The notes: a model not told the origin generated them from the sequence alone. 64,000 nucleotides of DNA from Gemmatimonadota bacterium (GCA_027294455.1 JAPULZ010000056.1:27854-91853); one strand, 5' to 3'. Positions 25,813 to 34,796 are shown, counted from the first letter of the stretch. Numbers and translations: made by a program.

Positions 25813-26916
25813 TCACCGGCGGCGGAGCTTGCCGGCGACGCTCGACGCGTGCCGCCCCCAGGCATGCAGCCGCGAGCCGGCGTCGGGCCATCGCCAGGCG
25901 AGGTGCGAGCGTGGAGGCACCAGTACGTCGGCCAGGAGCTTCCAGAGCCCGCTCCAGCGGTCGATGACGCCCAAACGCCGGCGTATCCGCCCCGGGGTGA
26001 TCGTCACGGCCTCCTCCGACGGGGTGGCGAGGGCCAACCGCACGAGGCCGCGTAGGTCCGATGCACCGATCTGGCTCGCACGCCAGTCCCACTCCGGCTG
26101 GATGCCTGGGGTCTGCGGCAAGTCAAACTCCCGGGAGACGATTCCCCCGAGCACGCGAACGGCCCGCAGCGCTCCCACCTCCCGCGCCACGGCTTCCACC
26201 TTGGCGCCGGCGCCGGTCGAAAGCCGCTGCCACAGCAGGGTGAAATCGATGATGCCCTTGAGATGGAGCATGTCGTGATGTGCCACGTGATGGGCGAGCA
26301 ACACCAGGTGGCACTCGTCGCTCGGAGCGATGAGCGCCTCGCCGCCGAGTGAGTCCCACACGACCTTCGGTATGGCCACCGTCGCACGGGGCAGCAATCT
26401 GTCCAACGGCTCCACCGCCCAGTGAAGATCGACGGTCACCGTTTCGATGTCGGTGCCCCCGGCCTCCCGGTGCAAGACGCAGGCACCGCGCAGGTCGGGA
26501 GGGCCCGGTTGTTCGTCCTCGGGCGCCGGTCGATACCCCAGCGCGGCCAAGGCCGCCAGGGCGGCCTCGCGAGCCGGCGGCGTCACATGAACATCGATGT
26601 CCTGGAGGTCTCGGTCGCCCACCTGGTAGACCGGCCCGAGGAGCGCGATGCCCTTGTAAAAAAAATGCGGGACGTCGGCCTGTTGGAACGCCGCTCCCAG
26701 CTCGAGGGCTGCGTCCCGCAGGATCGCCGCTTCGAGCCCTCGGTAGACCCGCCGCTCACGTACCCCGTCCGCCTCGAGGTCGAGGCAGCGGGCGAGGTAT
26801 CCCTCGAACCCGAAGTCTCTGGCAAGCTCGAGCGCCCGGGTGGGTCCCTTGCGCCCGACCTCGGCGGCCACATCGTCCAACGCGGACAGCAGGGTAGCCG
26901 CGACCGGCTCGGTCAT
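25813..26916 (-). CDS. Uncharacterised nucleotidyltransferase family protein (NTP_transf_5-like)
   Basis: DIDVHVTPP…ALAALGY, VDLHWAV and LLAHHVAHHDMLHLKGIIDF are blocks typical of PF14907-type proteins. ATG 26916 overlaps the upstream stop (ATGA). Confidence 0.75.
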   Translation of the reverse strand: MTEPVAATLLSALDDVAAEVGRKGPTRALELARDFGFEGYLARCLDLEADGVRERRVYRGLEAAILRDAALELGAAFQQADVPHFFYKGIALLGPVYQVGDRDLQDIDVHVTPPAREAALAALAALGYRPAPEDEQPGPPDLRGACVLHREAGGTDIETVTVDLHWAVEPLDRLLPRATVAIPKVVWDSLGGEALIAPSDECHLVLLAHHVAHHDMLHLKGIIDFTLLWQRLSTGAGAKVEAVAREVGALRAVRVLGGIVSREFDLPQTPGIQPEWDWRASQIGASDLRGLVRLALATPSEEAVTITPGRIRRRLGVIDRWSGLWKLLADVLVPPRSHLAWRWPDAGSRLHAWGRHASSVAGKLRRR

Positions 26917-27776
26917 GAGGACGCCACTTCGGAAAGGACGCGGACGGCCTCGTCCGCCCCGCCGAACCGAACCTCGACGGCGCCCGCCTTGTTCATCAAA
27001 TCCGCGAGACGTGAAAACGCGTCGGCTTTCTCGAGGCCGGTCTCGAAGCAACTGTGTACCAGAAGGCTCAGTCCATCGGCGGAGCTCATCGCTTTGACGC
27101 TCAATCCCTCGCCGGCGACGAATCTCACAAGCGCCACTACCTTCACCGGGGCCGGCTCGGCCCATCCCCCGGCCTGCGCGGGATCGAACCACGCCTCCTC
27201 CGACGCAGCACCCCAAAACGCCGTACCCGCAGGATCCACACCGAACCGGCGGAGCAGATCCGGATCCGACTTGAACAGCCGCTTGAAGGGCGCGGCGATG
27301 CCGTCATCGCCGATCAGCACCAGATCGTCGCCGAACGCCGGCAACCCGCTGAGACTGCCATGGGTGGCGAGGCTCGATTTCCCGGCGCCCGAAGGTCCGA
27401 GGACGATCACCGCTCCGGCATCGGCCGCCCACCCCGAAGCGTGAAGTTGCACCGAGTTGGCGCAGCCTTCGAGAAATACCTCGGTGAGGCAGTACTCGCA
27501 GTCGTCAACGAACGCGTCGAATGTGGCACAGAAGACGGGTTCGGGCCGGGAGGGCGTCTTGATCGACCACCCCCCGTCGTTGCACTCCACCCGTAGCGTC
27601 ACGCCCTCGCCATCTCGTGGGCCCGCCGTCGAGACCACCGCGTAAGCCGGAAACATGCTGCGTACCGCTTCACGGGTCGCAGGATCCGGCACCTCCACTC
27701 GGTGGCGCACGCCCATGACGTCGAACTCGATCGCCGTTAAACCGTTGTTATTCAACATGTTAGGTAGCACGGGCAC
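26913..27776 (-). CDS. HPr(Ser) kinase C-terminal-domain-like P-loop protein
   Basis: VIVLGPSGAGKSSLATHG…FGDDLVLI parallels the HprK/P block G.SG.GKSE.AL.L…G..LV.DD.V. Confidence 0.75.
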   Translation of the reverse strand: MPVLPNMLNNNGLTAIEFDVMGVRHRVEVPDPATREAVRSMFPAYAVVSTAGPRDGEGVTLRVECNDGGWSIKTPSRPEPVFCATFDAFVDDCEYCLTEVFLEGCANSVQLHASGWAADAGAVIVLGPSGAGKSSLATHGSLSGLPAFGDDLVLIGDDGIAAPFKRLFKSDPDLLRRFGVDPAGTAFWGAASEEAWFDPAQAGGWAEPAPVKVVALVRFVAGEGLSVKAMSSADGLSLLVHSCFETGLEKADAFSRLADLMNKAGAVEVRFGGADEAVRVLSEVASS

Positions 27777-27843
27777 AGGGACCTAGATCCAGCGAGGAAG
27801 TCGCCGCAACGCTCGCGCACACTCGCGCGTCTGTATGTACATG

Positions 27844-27868
27844 GGAGGCGCGGAAGCCGCGCGCCTCC
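27844..27868. other. GC hairpin in the intergenic region upstream of the HprK-like cassette
   Basis: ggaggcgcg-gaagccg-cgcgcctcc (9-bp stem). There is no flanking T-tract. It could terminate the upstream small gene or act on the cassette promoter region. Confidence 0.3.
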
Positions 27869-27981
27869 GACTTTCGCGGCAATTGGGCGTCTTACCGCTC
27901 GGTAGGAACCTCGCCGGAGGGGACGAGGCGGGACCATGCTAGCCCGGCCCAATCTGCCGCGATTGGGTAAGACCCACCCCA

Positions 27982-28251
27982 TCAATCCGCAGGTCCTCTA
28001 CCTCCCGACGCGCGCCCATCGGTCAGGAGCCGTTCGGCGAAATCGAGTCGTTCCTGTACCTCGGTGAGCTGCGTCCGCGTTTCGTTGAGGTCTTCGCGCA
28101 GGGAATCGACGACGGATTCGAGGTGCGATTCTCCCCCCCGGGCCTCGAGCTCCCGCTTCCGCAATGAGAACCGGAGAATCATCCCCAGCGCCACGACGGC
28201 CCCTCCCACCCCAAATATCACGCTGATGATCTGTGCTTCGAACGGCCCCAT
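27982..28251 (-). CDS. Small membrane protein with one TM helix and a coiled-coil tail (89 aa)
   Basis: MGPFEAQIISVIFGVGGAVVALGMIL is a TM helix, followed by a charged helical region. AGGAGA lies 7 nt upstream of ATG 28251. Confidence 0.5.
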   Translation of the reverse strand: MGPFEAQIISVIFGVGGAVVALGMILRFSLRKRELEARGGESHLESVVDSLREDLNETRTQLTEVQERLDFAERLLTDGRASGGRGPAD

Positions 28252-28311
28252 GACGTCTCTCCTCACTCCGGCGGCGCCCTGCGGCGGCCGAACATTCGCT
28301 CGCTCGGGGAG

Positions 28312-28384
28312 TGACCGGGGTGGGTCTCGAACCCACGACCTACGGATTAAAAGTCCGTTGCTCTGCCAGCTGAGCTACCCGGTC
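28312..28384 (-). tRNA. tRNA-Lys (anticodon TTT)
   Basis: The reverse complement folds as acceptor gaccggg/cccggtc, D-arm agctcagctggcagagc, anticodon loop cTTTTAa and T-arm gtgggttcgagacccac. Confidence 0.9.
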
Positions 28385-28540
28385 GGCCAAAAAAAACATC
28401 GCTAGAGGAGGGTGGATACACAAGCACATTTTCATAGGGGAAAATCGCCCAACAAAAGCTTGTTCTCCCCGAAGAAACACTTACTTTGGTGTCCGATTGG
28501 GGCTGGTCATGCTACAGAAACTTCTTTTCTCGAGGGGGCA

Positions 28541-29086
28541 ATGGCTGCAAAACGAAGAAAAAAAGCCAAGAGGAAGGTGACGAAGCGCAAGGCCACCAAG
28601 CGCAAGGGCACGAAGCGCAAGGCTACCAAGCGCAAAGCCACCAAGCGCAAGGCAACGAAGAAGAAGAAGGCCACCAAGCGCAAGGCAACGAAGAAGAAGA
28701 AGGCCACCAAGCGGAAGGCCAAGAAGAAAAAAGCCACCAAGCGCAAGGCCACCAAGCGCAAACCCGCCAAAAAGAAGAAAGCGACCAAGCGCAAGGCGAC
28801 CAAGCGCAAAGCCGCCAAGAAGAAAAAGACCAAGCGCAAGCCGAACGCGGCGTTCATGAGGCCGTTGCAGCCGGATGCCGCGCTCTCACTGGTGGTGGGC
28901 AGCAAGCCGTTGCCGCGAACGGAGGTCACCAAGAAGCTTTGGCAATACATTCGCAAACACGGCCTGCAGGACAACGTAGACCGCCGCATGATCAATGCGG
29001 ACGCAAACTTGAAGGCCGTCTTCAGCGGCAAATCTCAAGTGAGCATGTTCGAAATGACGAAGCTGGTGAACTACCACATGAAGTAA
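28541..29086 (+). CDS. SWIB/MDM2-domain protein with an N-terminal lysine-rich histone-H1-like repeat region
   Basis: About 100 aa of (K/R)KATKRK repeats are followed by LPRTEVTKKLWQYIRKHGLQD…INAD..LK.VF…V.MFEM.KLV, a SWIB domain. I start at ATG 28541 (MAAKRRKK…). Confidence 0.85.
   Translation: MAAKRRKKAKRKVTKRKATKRKGTKRKATKRKATKRKATKKKKATKRKATKKKKATKRKAKKKKATKRKATKRKPAKKKKATKRKATKRKAAKKKKTKRKPNAAFMRPLQPDAALSLVVGSKPLPRTEVTKKLWQYIRKHGLQDNVDRRMINADANLKAVFSGKSQVSMFEMTKLVNYHMK
28550..28840 (+). repeat. In-frame tandem coding repeat (about 15-nt gccaccaagcgcaag units, including a 33-nt duplication)
   Basis: aagcgcaaggccaccaag-type units recur many times. The unit ggcaacgaagaagaagaaggccaccaagcg[c/g]aa occurs twice back to back. 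Confidence 0.8.
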
Positions 29087-29145
29087 TTGCTGGACGCTTC
29101 ATTCGCCGTACTGCAGTACTACCGTTCCAGCCCCGGAACCGTGTA

Positions 29146-29172
29146 GGGGGCACGACGCGCTCGTCGGCCCCC
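29146..29172 (+). terminator. GC hairpin downstream of the SWIB gene
   Basis: gggggc-a-cgacg-cgct-cgtcg-gccccc (about 11 bp with one bulge), 60 nt after the stop. No U-tract follows. Confidence 0.35.
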
Positions 29173-29421
29173 AACGGGACCTTCCCCGACACACCGCCAT
29201 CAGGCCGTTTCGACACCCCGCCCGTGGCGCAACAAGGCGGCTTGCCTCGAAACGATGCACGCCGACCCAGCGTGACTCCGGTCACATCTTGTAAGTCCTT
29301 ATAATTCAATTAGTTGTAGTACGCCACCGGCGGACGCGGCGGCGGCATCCTACGATCAGATCGGATCGCGGATGCGAGCGAGCCGGCTCCTCGACCGGCT
29401 TCACGAGCTGCCCGTAGACCG

Positions 29422-30021
29422 CTAGAAGAGCTTGAGCTGGGAGACGGGATTGAACGACCGGCGGTGATGTGGGGTCAACCCGACCGCGTCGATCGCCGCC
29501 ATGTGCTCAGCCGTTCCGTATCCCATGTTCTGATCCCACCCAAACTCGGGAAACCGGCTGCTCAGGAGTGTCATGAGACCGTCGCGGGCCTGCTTGGCCA
29601 GCACCGACGCCGCCGCGATGGACTGGCAGGTCGCGTCCCCTTTTACCACGGCTTCGTGCTCGGTTCGGAGCTCCGGGAAGGGCCGGCCGTCGACGAGCAC
29701 GTGGTCGGGCCTGGTCGATAGCAACGCGAGGGCACGTCGCATGGCCAGCGCCGTCGCCTTGAGAATGTTGAGGCGGTCGATCTCGCGTGGCGTGGCTGCG
29801 CCCACGCCCCAGGACAGCGCGGTCTCACGTATGACGCCCGCCACGCGGTCGCGTTGACGGGCGGTCATGGCCTTGGAATCCCGCAGATCCTCGATGGGGG
29901 TCTGCTCGGGGGTGAAGATCACGGCGGCCGCGACGACGGGTCCCGCCAGTGGGCCCCGTCCGACCTCGTCCACCCCTGCAACGTACCGACACCCCTTCGC
30001 CCACAGCGCGCTTTCGCGCAT
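29422..30021 (-). CDS. rnhB: Ribonuclease HII
   Basis: VAGVDEVGRGPLAGPVVAAAVI (DEVGRG motif) and DSK.M motifs. I start at ATG 30021 (MRESALW…) within track ORF 29422..30255. Confidence 0.9.
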   Translation of the reverse strand: MRESALWAKGCRYVAGVDEVGRGPLAGPVVAAAVIFTPEQTPIEDLRDSKAMTARQRDRVAGVIRETALSWGVGAATPREIDRLNILKATALAMRRALALLSTRPDHVLVDGRPFPELRTEHEAVVKGDATCQSIAAASVLAKQARDGLMTLLSSRFPEFGWDQNMGYGTAEHMAAIDAVGLTPHHRRSFNPVSQLKLF

Positions 30022-30041
30022 GAGCGTCGGAGATGCCACGC

Positions 30042-30389
30042 TCAGGACTCTCGCCGCTCCCGGATGCGGGCCGCCTTGCCTGACAGTTTCCGCAAGTAGT
30101 AGAGCTTGGCTCTTCGCACGCGACCCAGGCGCACAACGTCGATCGCCGCTAGATTCGGCGAGTGCAGCGGGAAGATGCGCTCCACGCCCACGCCGGACGA
30201 GACCTTCCTCAGCGTGAAGGTCTCGCCGATGCCCCCGCCCCGGCGCGCGATGCACACCCCCTCGAACGCCTGCAGCCGCTCTTTCTGACCCTCGCGCACG
30301 CGCACCTGCACCCGCACTGTGTCGCCGGCGCGAAACTCGGGAATGTCCTCACGCAGCCCTTCGCGTTCAATCGTTTCCAATGTCACCAT
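30042..30389 (-). CDS. rplS: 50S ribosomal protein L19
   Basis: [42 protein letters not shown] start at ATG 30389, 4 nt after the trmD stop. Confidence 0.95.
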   Translation of the reverse strand: MVTLETIEREGLREDIPEFRAGDTVRVQVRVREGQKERLQAFEGVCIARRGGGIGETFTLRKVSSGVGVERIFPLHSPNLAAIDVVRLGRVRRAKLYYLRKLSGKAARIRERRES

Positions 30390-30393
30390 GATT

Positions 30394-31107
30394 CTATCCT
30401 CCGGGCTCGCCATCGCCGGGCCCGTGTTCAGCCACATAGCGCGCCCACAGTGCGGGACGGCGCTCTCGAGTCAATCGCTCGGCCTGGGCTCGCCTCCAGG
30501 CTTCGATGCGGGCGTGGTCGCCGCTCTGCAACACTTCCGGTACCCGCGCCCCCCGGTACTCCGCCGGCCGCGTGTAGCTCGGCGGGCTCACCAATCCGTC
30601 GTAGTACGAGTCCGTCGCCGCAGACTCGTGATCTCCCAAGGCCCCAGGGAGCAGGCGAACGACGGCGTCGATGACGCAGAGCGCCGCGAACTCCCCACCC
30701 GTCAACACGAACTCCCCAACCGCAATCTCTTCGACCTCGGGCCGCTCAGCGACCCGCTCGTCCACATCCTTGTAGTGCCCGCACAGCAGCGTCAGCTCCT
30801 CACCCACGCTGTACCGCACCGCGTCGTCATGCGTGAACAACCGTCCGCGGGCCGACAACAACACCACCGGCCTCACAGGGGCCAAATCGTCGAGCGCCTC
30901 GAAGAAGGGCTCCGGCTTCAGCACCATCCCCGCGCCGCCGCCGTAGGGCACGTCGTCGACGGTCCGGTGACGGTCGTGCGTATGGTCTCGCAAGTTCACC
31001 AGCCGAACGGCGAACAACCCGGCAGCGGCGGCCCGGCCCATGATGCTGGCCTGAAGCGGCTCCCGGAACATATCCGGAAACAGCGTGACCACGTTCACCT
31101 GCAGCAC
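30394..31107 (-). CDS. trmD: tRNA (guanine37-N1)-methyltransferase
   Basis: [21 protein letters not shown] and [13 protein letters not shown] are TrmD motifs. Confidence 0.95.
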   Translation of the reverse strand: MLQVNVVTLFPDMFREPLQASIMGRAAAAGLFAVRLVNLRDHTHDRHRTVDDVPYGGGAGMVLKPEPFFEALDDLAPVRPVVLLSARGRLFTHDDAVRYSVGEELTLLCGHYKDVDERVAERPEVEEIAVGEFVLTGGEFAALCVIDAVVRLLPGALGDHESAATDSYYDGLVSPPSYTRPAEYRGARVPEVLQSGDHARIEAWRRAQAERLTRERRPALWARYVAEHGPGDGEPGG

Positions 31108-31629
31108 CTACACCTCCAACAACCCGGCCGGCAATGCCACCTCGATGCGCCGGTTGGTCCGGTCGAGCCGTCGCACGATCGGGGCGCGAAACGGGATCAA
31201 GTGTTCTCGCCCATCCCGCACCACCACCAGCACCCGCCCGCCGGGAACGCCGACCACCTCTCGGACGACGCCGATCTCCGTTCCGTCTTCCACCACCGTC
31301 GAGCCCGGGATCTCGTGGAGGTACATCTCTCCGTCGTCCGGTTGGCGCAACTCATCCTGGGCGGCTCCGAGGATCTTATACGACCAGCTCTCCAACGCAC
31401 CCCTGTCGTGAATGCCCTCGAAAGACAGCAGCCAGTGGCGTTGATAGCGTCGCGCGTGGCTGATCACGACCTGCGGCCCGACGGACTGACCCTCCTCGTC
31501 AATGGGTACCAGGACCCGGCCGGCCGTAAACACATCTTCGGGCTCGTCCGTCAGCGGGAGCACCAAAGCATCCCCCTTGAGCCCGTGTGGTTTCCGAAAG
31601 CGCGCCACCGCCAGGTAGGCCGCCCCCAT
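31108..31629 (-). CDS. rimM: 16S rRNA processing protein RimM
   Basis: VARFRKPHGLKGD is the RimM N-terminal motif, and a PRC-barrel-like C-terminus is present. It sits in the conserved rpsP-rimM-trmD-rplS order. Confidence 0.9.
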   Translation of the reverse strand: MGAAYLAVARFRKPHGLKGDALVLPLTDEPEDVFTAGRVLVPIDEEGQSVGPQVVISHARRYQRHWLLSFEGIHDRGALESWSYKILGAAQDELRQPDDGEMYLHEIPGSTVVEDGTEIGVVREVVGVPGGRVLVVVRDGREHLIPFRAPIVRRLDRTNRRIEVALPAGLLEV

Positions 31630-31635
31630 GGCGCG

Positions 31636-31992
31636 TTATTCCTTTTCCTGCGCCTCGGGCGGGGCCGTGGCTTGCTCCTCAGCCGGCGCCTCTGCTTGTG
31701 TGGCCTTCGGCTCGGCCGGTGCAGTGGCCGCGAGCTGCGACTCACCGGAGGCGAACACGCCGGCCTTCTTGAGCAGCGACCGAACGGTATCCGAGGTCGT
31801 CGCGCCGCGCGACAACCAGTCCCGCGCTTTGTCCGCATCGACCTGCAGCGTGACCGGCTCGGTCCGCGGATTGTAGTGGCCGATCGTTTCGATGAAGCGC
31901 CCGTCTCGAGGCGCCGATTTCTCGGTCACGACGATCCGGTAACTCGGCTTGTGCCGCCGGCCGGTCCGACGCAAACGAATTCGTGTTGCCAT
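31636..31992 (-). CDS. rpsP: 30S ribosomal protein S16 (with an Ala/Pro/Glu-rich C-terminal extension)
   Basis: MATRIRLRRTGRRHKPSYRIVV…RDGRFIE.IG.YNP. Confidence 0.95.
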   Translation of the reverse strand: MATRIRLRRTGRRHKPSYRIVVTEKSAPRDGRFIETIGHYNPRTEPVTLQVDADKARDWLSRGATTSDTVRSLLKKAGVFASGESQLAATAPAEPKATQAEAPAEEQATAPPEAQEKE

Positions 31993-32010
31993 ATCACACG
32001 TCCTTACGGT

Positions 32011-33330
32011 TTACCGCCCACTGAACTGCCCCATGCCCTTCATGAGCTTCTTCATCTGGCCGAACTGTTTCACGAGCTGGTTCACTTCCTGAACCGTCCG
32101 CCCGCTTCCCCGGGCGATGCGCACCCGTCGGGATCCGTTCAGCACATCGGGCCGCCGCCGTTCCCCGGGCGTCATCGACAGGACGATCGCCTCGAAGTGC
32201 TTGATCCGTTTTTCGTCCACCTTGGCGTTCCTGAGCATCTTGGCATTCACGCCCGGAAGCATGCCCAACACACCTTTGAGCGGCCCCATTTTCTGGATCT
32301 GCCGCATCGCCGTCAAGAAGTCCTCGAGATCGAGGCCTCTCTTCGAAAGCGCCTTCTTCGCCAGCCGCGCCGAGTCGTCCGGATCCACCGCATCCTGCAC
32401 CCGCTCCACGAGCCCGACGACGTCGCCCTTCTGGAGAATGCGACCCGCCATCCGGACCGGATCGAACACCTCCAGTTCCTCCAGCCTCTCGCCCACGCCC
32501 ACGTACTTGATCGGCGCACCGGTCACGCCGTGGATCGAGAGTGCAGCGCCACCGCGGGCGTCGCCGTCCAGCTTCGTCAGGATCACGCCGGTCACGCCCA
32601 GGGCGTCGTTGAACCCCTTGGCGATCCGCACCGCATCCTGCCCCGTCATGCCGTCCGCCACTAGGAGAATCTCCTGGGGGCTCACGGCGGCCTTGAGCCG
32701 CCCCAGCTCGCCCATCATCTCCTCGTCGATCTGCAGCCGGCCGGCGGTGTCGACGATGACCGTCCTGGCCCGGGCCCCCCCTGCGGCGCGGATGCCCGCC
32801 TTCACCAGCGCGACCACATCCCCACGTTCGTGGGCGTCGCCATCGGCAGCCCCGTGCACCTCCACACCCGCCTGCTCACCCAGCTGGCGAAGCTGCTCTT
32901 CGGCGGCCGGCCGGTAGATGTCCGCAGCCACCAGGAACGGTGCCTTTTGCTCCCGCTTGAGCCGCAATGCCAGCTTCGCGGCGGTCGTCGTCTTGCCCGA
33001 TCCCTGTAGCCCCACCAAGAGCACGACCGTGGGGGAGACCGTGGCGAAGCTCAGGGGCACCTGGTGCTCACCCAGCAACGTGACCAGCTCGTCGTGCACG
33101 TACTTCACGAGCTGCTGGCCGGGGCTCACCGACTTGACGACGTGGAGTCCAACCGCCTTCTCGCGCACTCGCTGTACGAAGGAGCGGGTCAACTCGTAAC
33201 TGACATCGGCCTCCAGCAAGACACGCCGGATCTCCCGCAGGCCCTCCTTGACCTGCTCGTCGGTCAGAACCCCCCGGCTGGAGAGATTCTGCAGGACGCC
33301 GGTCAGTTTCTCGGAAAGGGCCGAAAACAT
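32011..33330 (-). CDS. ffh: Signal recognition particle protein Ffh
   Basis: GLQGSGKTTT, DTAGRL and the Met-rich M domain (LGMLPG…, KKLMKGMG). Confidence 0.95.
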   Translation of the reverse strand: MFSALSEKLTGVLQNLSSRGVLTDEQVKEGLREIRRVLLEADVSYELTRSFVQRVREKAVGLHVVKSVSPGQQLVKYVHDELVTLLGEHQVPLSFATVSPTVVLLVGLQGSGKTTTAAKLALRLKREQKAPFLVAADIYRPAAEEQLRQLGEQAGVEVHGAADGDAHERGDVVALVKAGIRAAGGARARTVIVDTAGRLQIDEEMMGELGRLKAAVSPQEILLVADGMTGQDAVRIAKGFNDALGVTGVILTKLDGDARGGAALSIHGVTGAPIKYVGVGERLEELEVFDPVRMAGRILQKGDVVGLVERVQDAVDPDDSARLAKKALSKRGLDLEDFLTAMRQIQKMGPLKGVLGMLPGVNAKMLRNAKVDEKRIKHFEAIVLSMTPGERRRPDVLNGSRRVRIARGSGRTVQEVNQLVKQFGQMKKLMKGMGQFSGR

Positions 33331-33456
33331 ATAACCTGTAAGCTTAGCCAGGCGCAGGGTTGAGCGCTACAGGGTGGCTGCCTGGGGAGAGGAGATGGTC
33401 CTGCTGGTTGGAGGTGGACAGTGCCCGTCCGCTTCCACCGCGCCTCATTGGGCAAT

Positions 33457-33483
33457 CCCCACCCCCGGGCCCTCGGGGTGGGG
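33457..33483 (-). terminator. GC hairpin just downstream of the symporter gene
   Basis: ccccaccccc-gggccct-cggggtgggg (about 10-bp stem with one bulge), 15 nt after the stop at 33498. No clear U-tract. Confidence 0.35.
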
Positions 33484-33497
33484 TAGGAAGGGACTGT

Positions 33498-34796
33498 CTA
33501 CTGAGCTGGCGATCCCTCGGCCACCGTGGGCGCCGTGGTGGCGTCGAGTACAATGTTCTCGCCCTCGGTCCGGGCGATGAACGTCGCGCCTGTCAGATCG
33601 CCGGTCAGGTTCACCGAGGTGCGGAGCATGTCGAGAATCCGGTCCACACCCAGAATGAGGGCGATCCCGGTGTCCGGCACGCCCGCCTGCGAGAGCACGA
33701 TGGTCAGCGTGATGATCCCGGCGCTGGGCACCCCGGCGGCACCGATGGAGGCCAACGTCGCCGTGAGGACTACCATCAGCTGCTGCATGACGCTCAGCTC
33801 GATCCCGAACACCTGAGCGATGAACATGACGGCGACCCCCTGGTAGAGGGCCGTCCCGTCCATGTTCACCGTGGCGCCCAGCGGCAGGACGAAGCTCGAG
33901 ATCTTCTTCGAAATGCCGAGGTTCTCCTCTGCGATCTGCATGGAGACAGGGAGGGTGGCGCTGGAGCTGGAAGTGGAGAACCCGAGGAGCTGGGCATTGC
34001 GTATCCGGCGAAAGAACTCCACCGGGTTGACCCGCGCCAGAAACCTCAAGATGAGCGAGAACGTACCGAAAGCGTGCAGCGCCAACCCGAGGACCACCGT
34101 TCCCGTATACCACAGCAGGCTCTCGAGGATCTCGAAGCCGAACCGGGCCGTGACCGCGGCGATCAGGACGAAGACCGCGTACGGTGCCAGCGTCATCACC
34201 CAGTGGATCATCACCATGGAGATGTCGTTGATCGCCTCGAACACGCCCAACACGGCCCTGCGGCGATCCTCACGGATCATGGTGGCGGCGACGCCGAATA
34301 GAATGCTGAACAGGATGAGGGGCAGCATGTCCGCGTTGGCGGCGGCGCCCACGGGATTGTCGGGGATCATGCTGAGCAAGAGCTGCACCACCGACGGCGC
34401 CTGGTTGCCCAGCTCGATGTTGCCGGCGGCCTGGGTCCCGTATTCGGCCTGGAGGGCCTGCTGCGATTCGACGCTCAGGCCCCGGCCGGGCTTGATTACA
34501 TTCGAGAGAACCAGCCCGATCGAGACGGCCACCGACGTGGTGGCCAGATAGTACGCGACGGTTTTTCCACCGACACGGCCCAGGGTCCGCAGATCACCCA
34601 GGCTGGCCGCTCCGACGACGAGGCTGGCAACGACGAGGGGGACGACGATCATGCGGATCAATCGGATCCATCCGAGTCCGAACGGCTCGATCGTGGCGAG
34701 GACGTTTCCACCGCCCTCCCAGCCGGCGATGTTGACGACGATGCCCGCGGTGGCGCCCGCCACGAGTCCGATAGAGATCTTGGTGTACAGTTTCAT
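33498..34796 (-). CDS. Dicarboxylate/amino acid:cation symporter (DAACS, GltP/DctA-like)
   Basis: MKLYTKISIGLVAG…, IKMIVVPLV-like RMIVVPLVV, SSSATLP and GATVNMDGTALY motifs. I start at ATG 34796. Confidence 0.9.
   Translation of the reverse strand: MKLYTKISIGLVAGATAGIVVNIAGWEGGGNVLATIEPFGLGWIRLIRMIVVPLVVASLVVGAASLGDLRTLGRVGGKTVAYYLATTSVAVSIGLVLSNVIKPGRGLSVESQQALQAEYGTQAAGNIELGNQAPSVVQLLLSMIPDNPVGAAANADMLPLILFSILFGVAATMIREDRRRAVLGVFEAINDISMVMIHWVMTLAPYAVFVLIAAVTARFGFEILESLLWYTGTVVLGLALHAFGTFSLILRFLARVNPVEFFRRIRNAQLLGFSTSSSSATLPVSMQIAEENLGISKKISSFVLPLGATVNMDGTALYQGVAVMFIAQVFGIELSVMQQLMVVLTATLASIGAAGVPSAGIITLTIVLSQAGVPDTGIALILGVDRILDMLRTSVNLTGDLTGATFIARTEGENIVLDATTAPTVAEGSPAQ

Noticed and set aside
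27752-27985. A 77-aa ORF (…PRPLRRGSYRAVRRPIAAKVGGARLPRLPCTYRRASVRERCGDFLAGSRSLCPCYLTC) lies just upstream of, and overlaps, the HprK-like gene. I considered it as a possible Arg/Cys-rich precursor peptide for the PRMT-like cassette.
   Set aside because: The Arg-rich composition is what off-frame GC-rich DNA produces. The ORF spans the 27844-27868 hairpin, has no Shine-Dalgarno sequence and overlaps the next gene by 25 nt. It is worth a conservation check, but the sequence alone does not support it.
28550-28840. The regular short repeats could be mistaken for a CRISPR-like array.
   Set aside because: The repeats are contiguous, with no spacers. They are in frame and encode the KKATKRK tail of the SWIB protein. 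No cas genes are present.
33331-33497. I looked for SRP (4.5S) RNA or another structured RNA next to ffh.
   Set aside because: There is no domain IV GGAA tetraloop or AGCAGCC-type motif. Only a GC hairpin is present, and it is best explained as the terminator of the upstream symporter gene.
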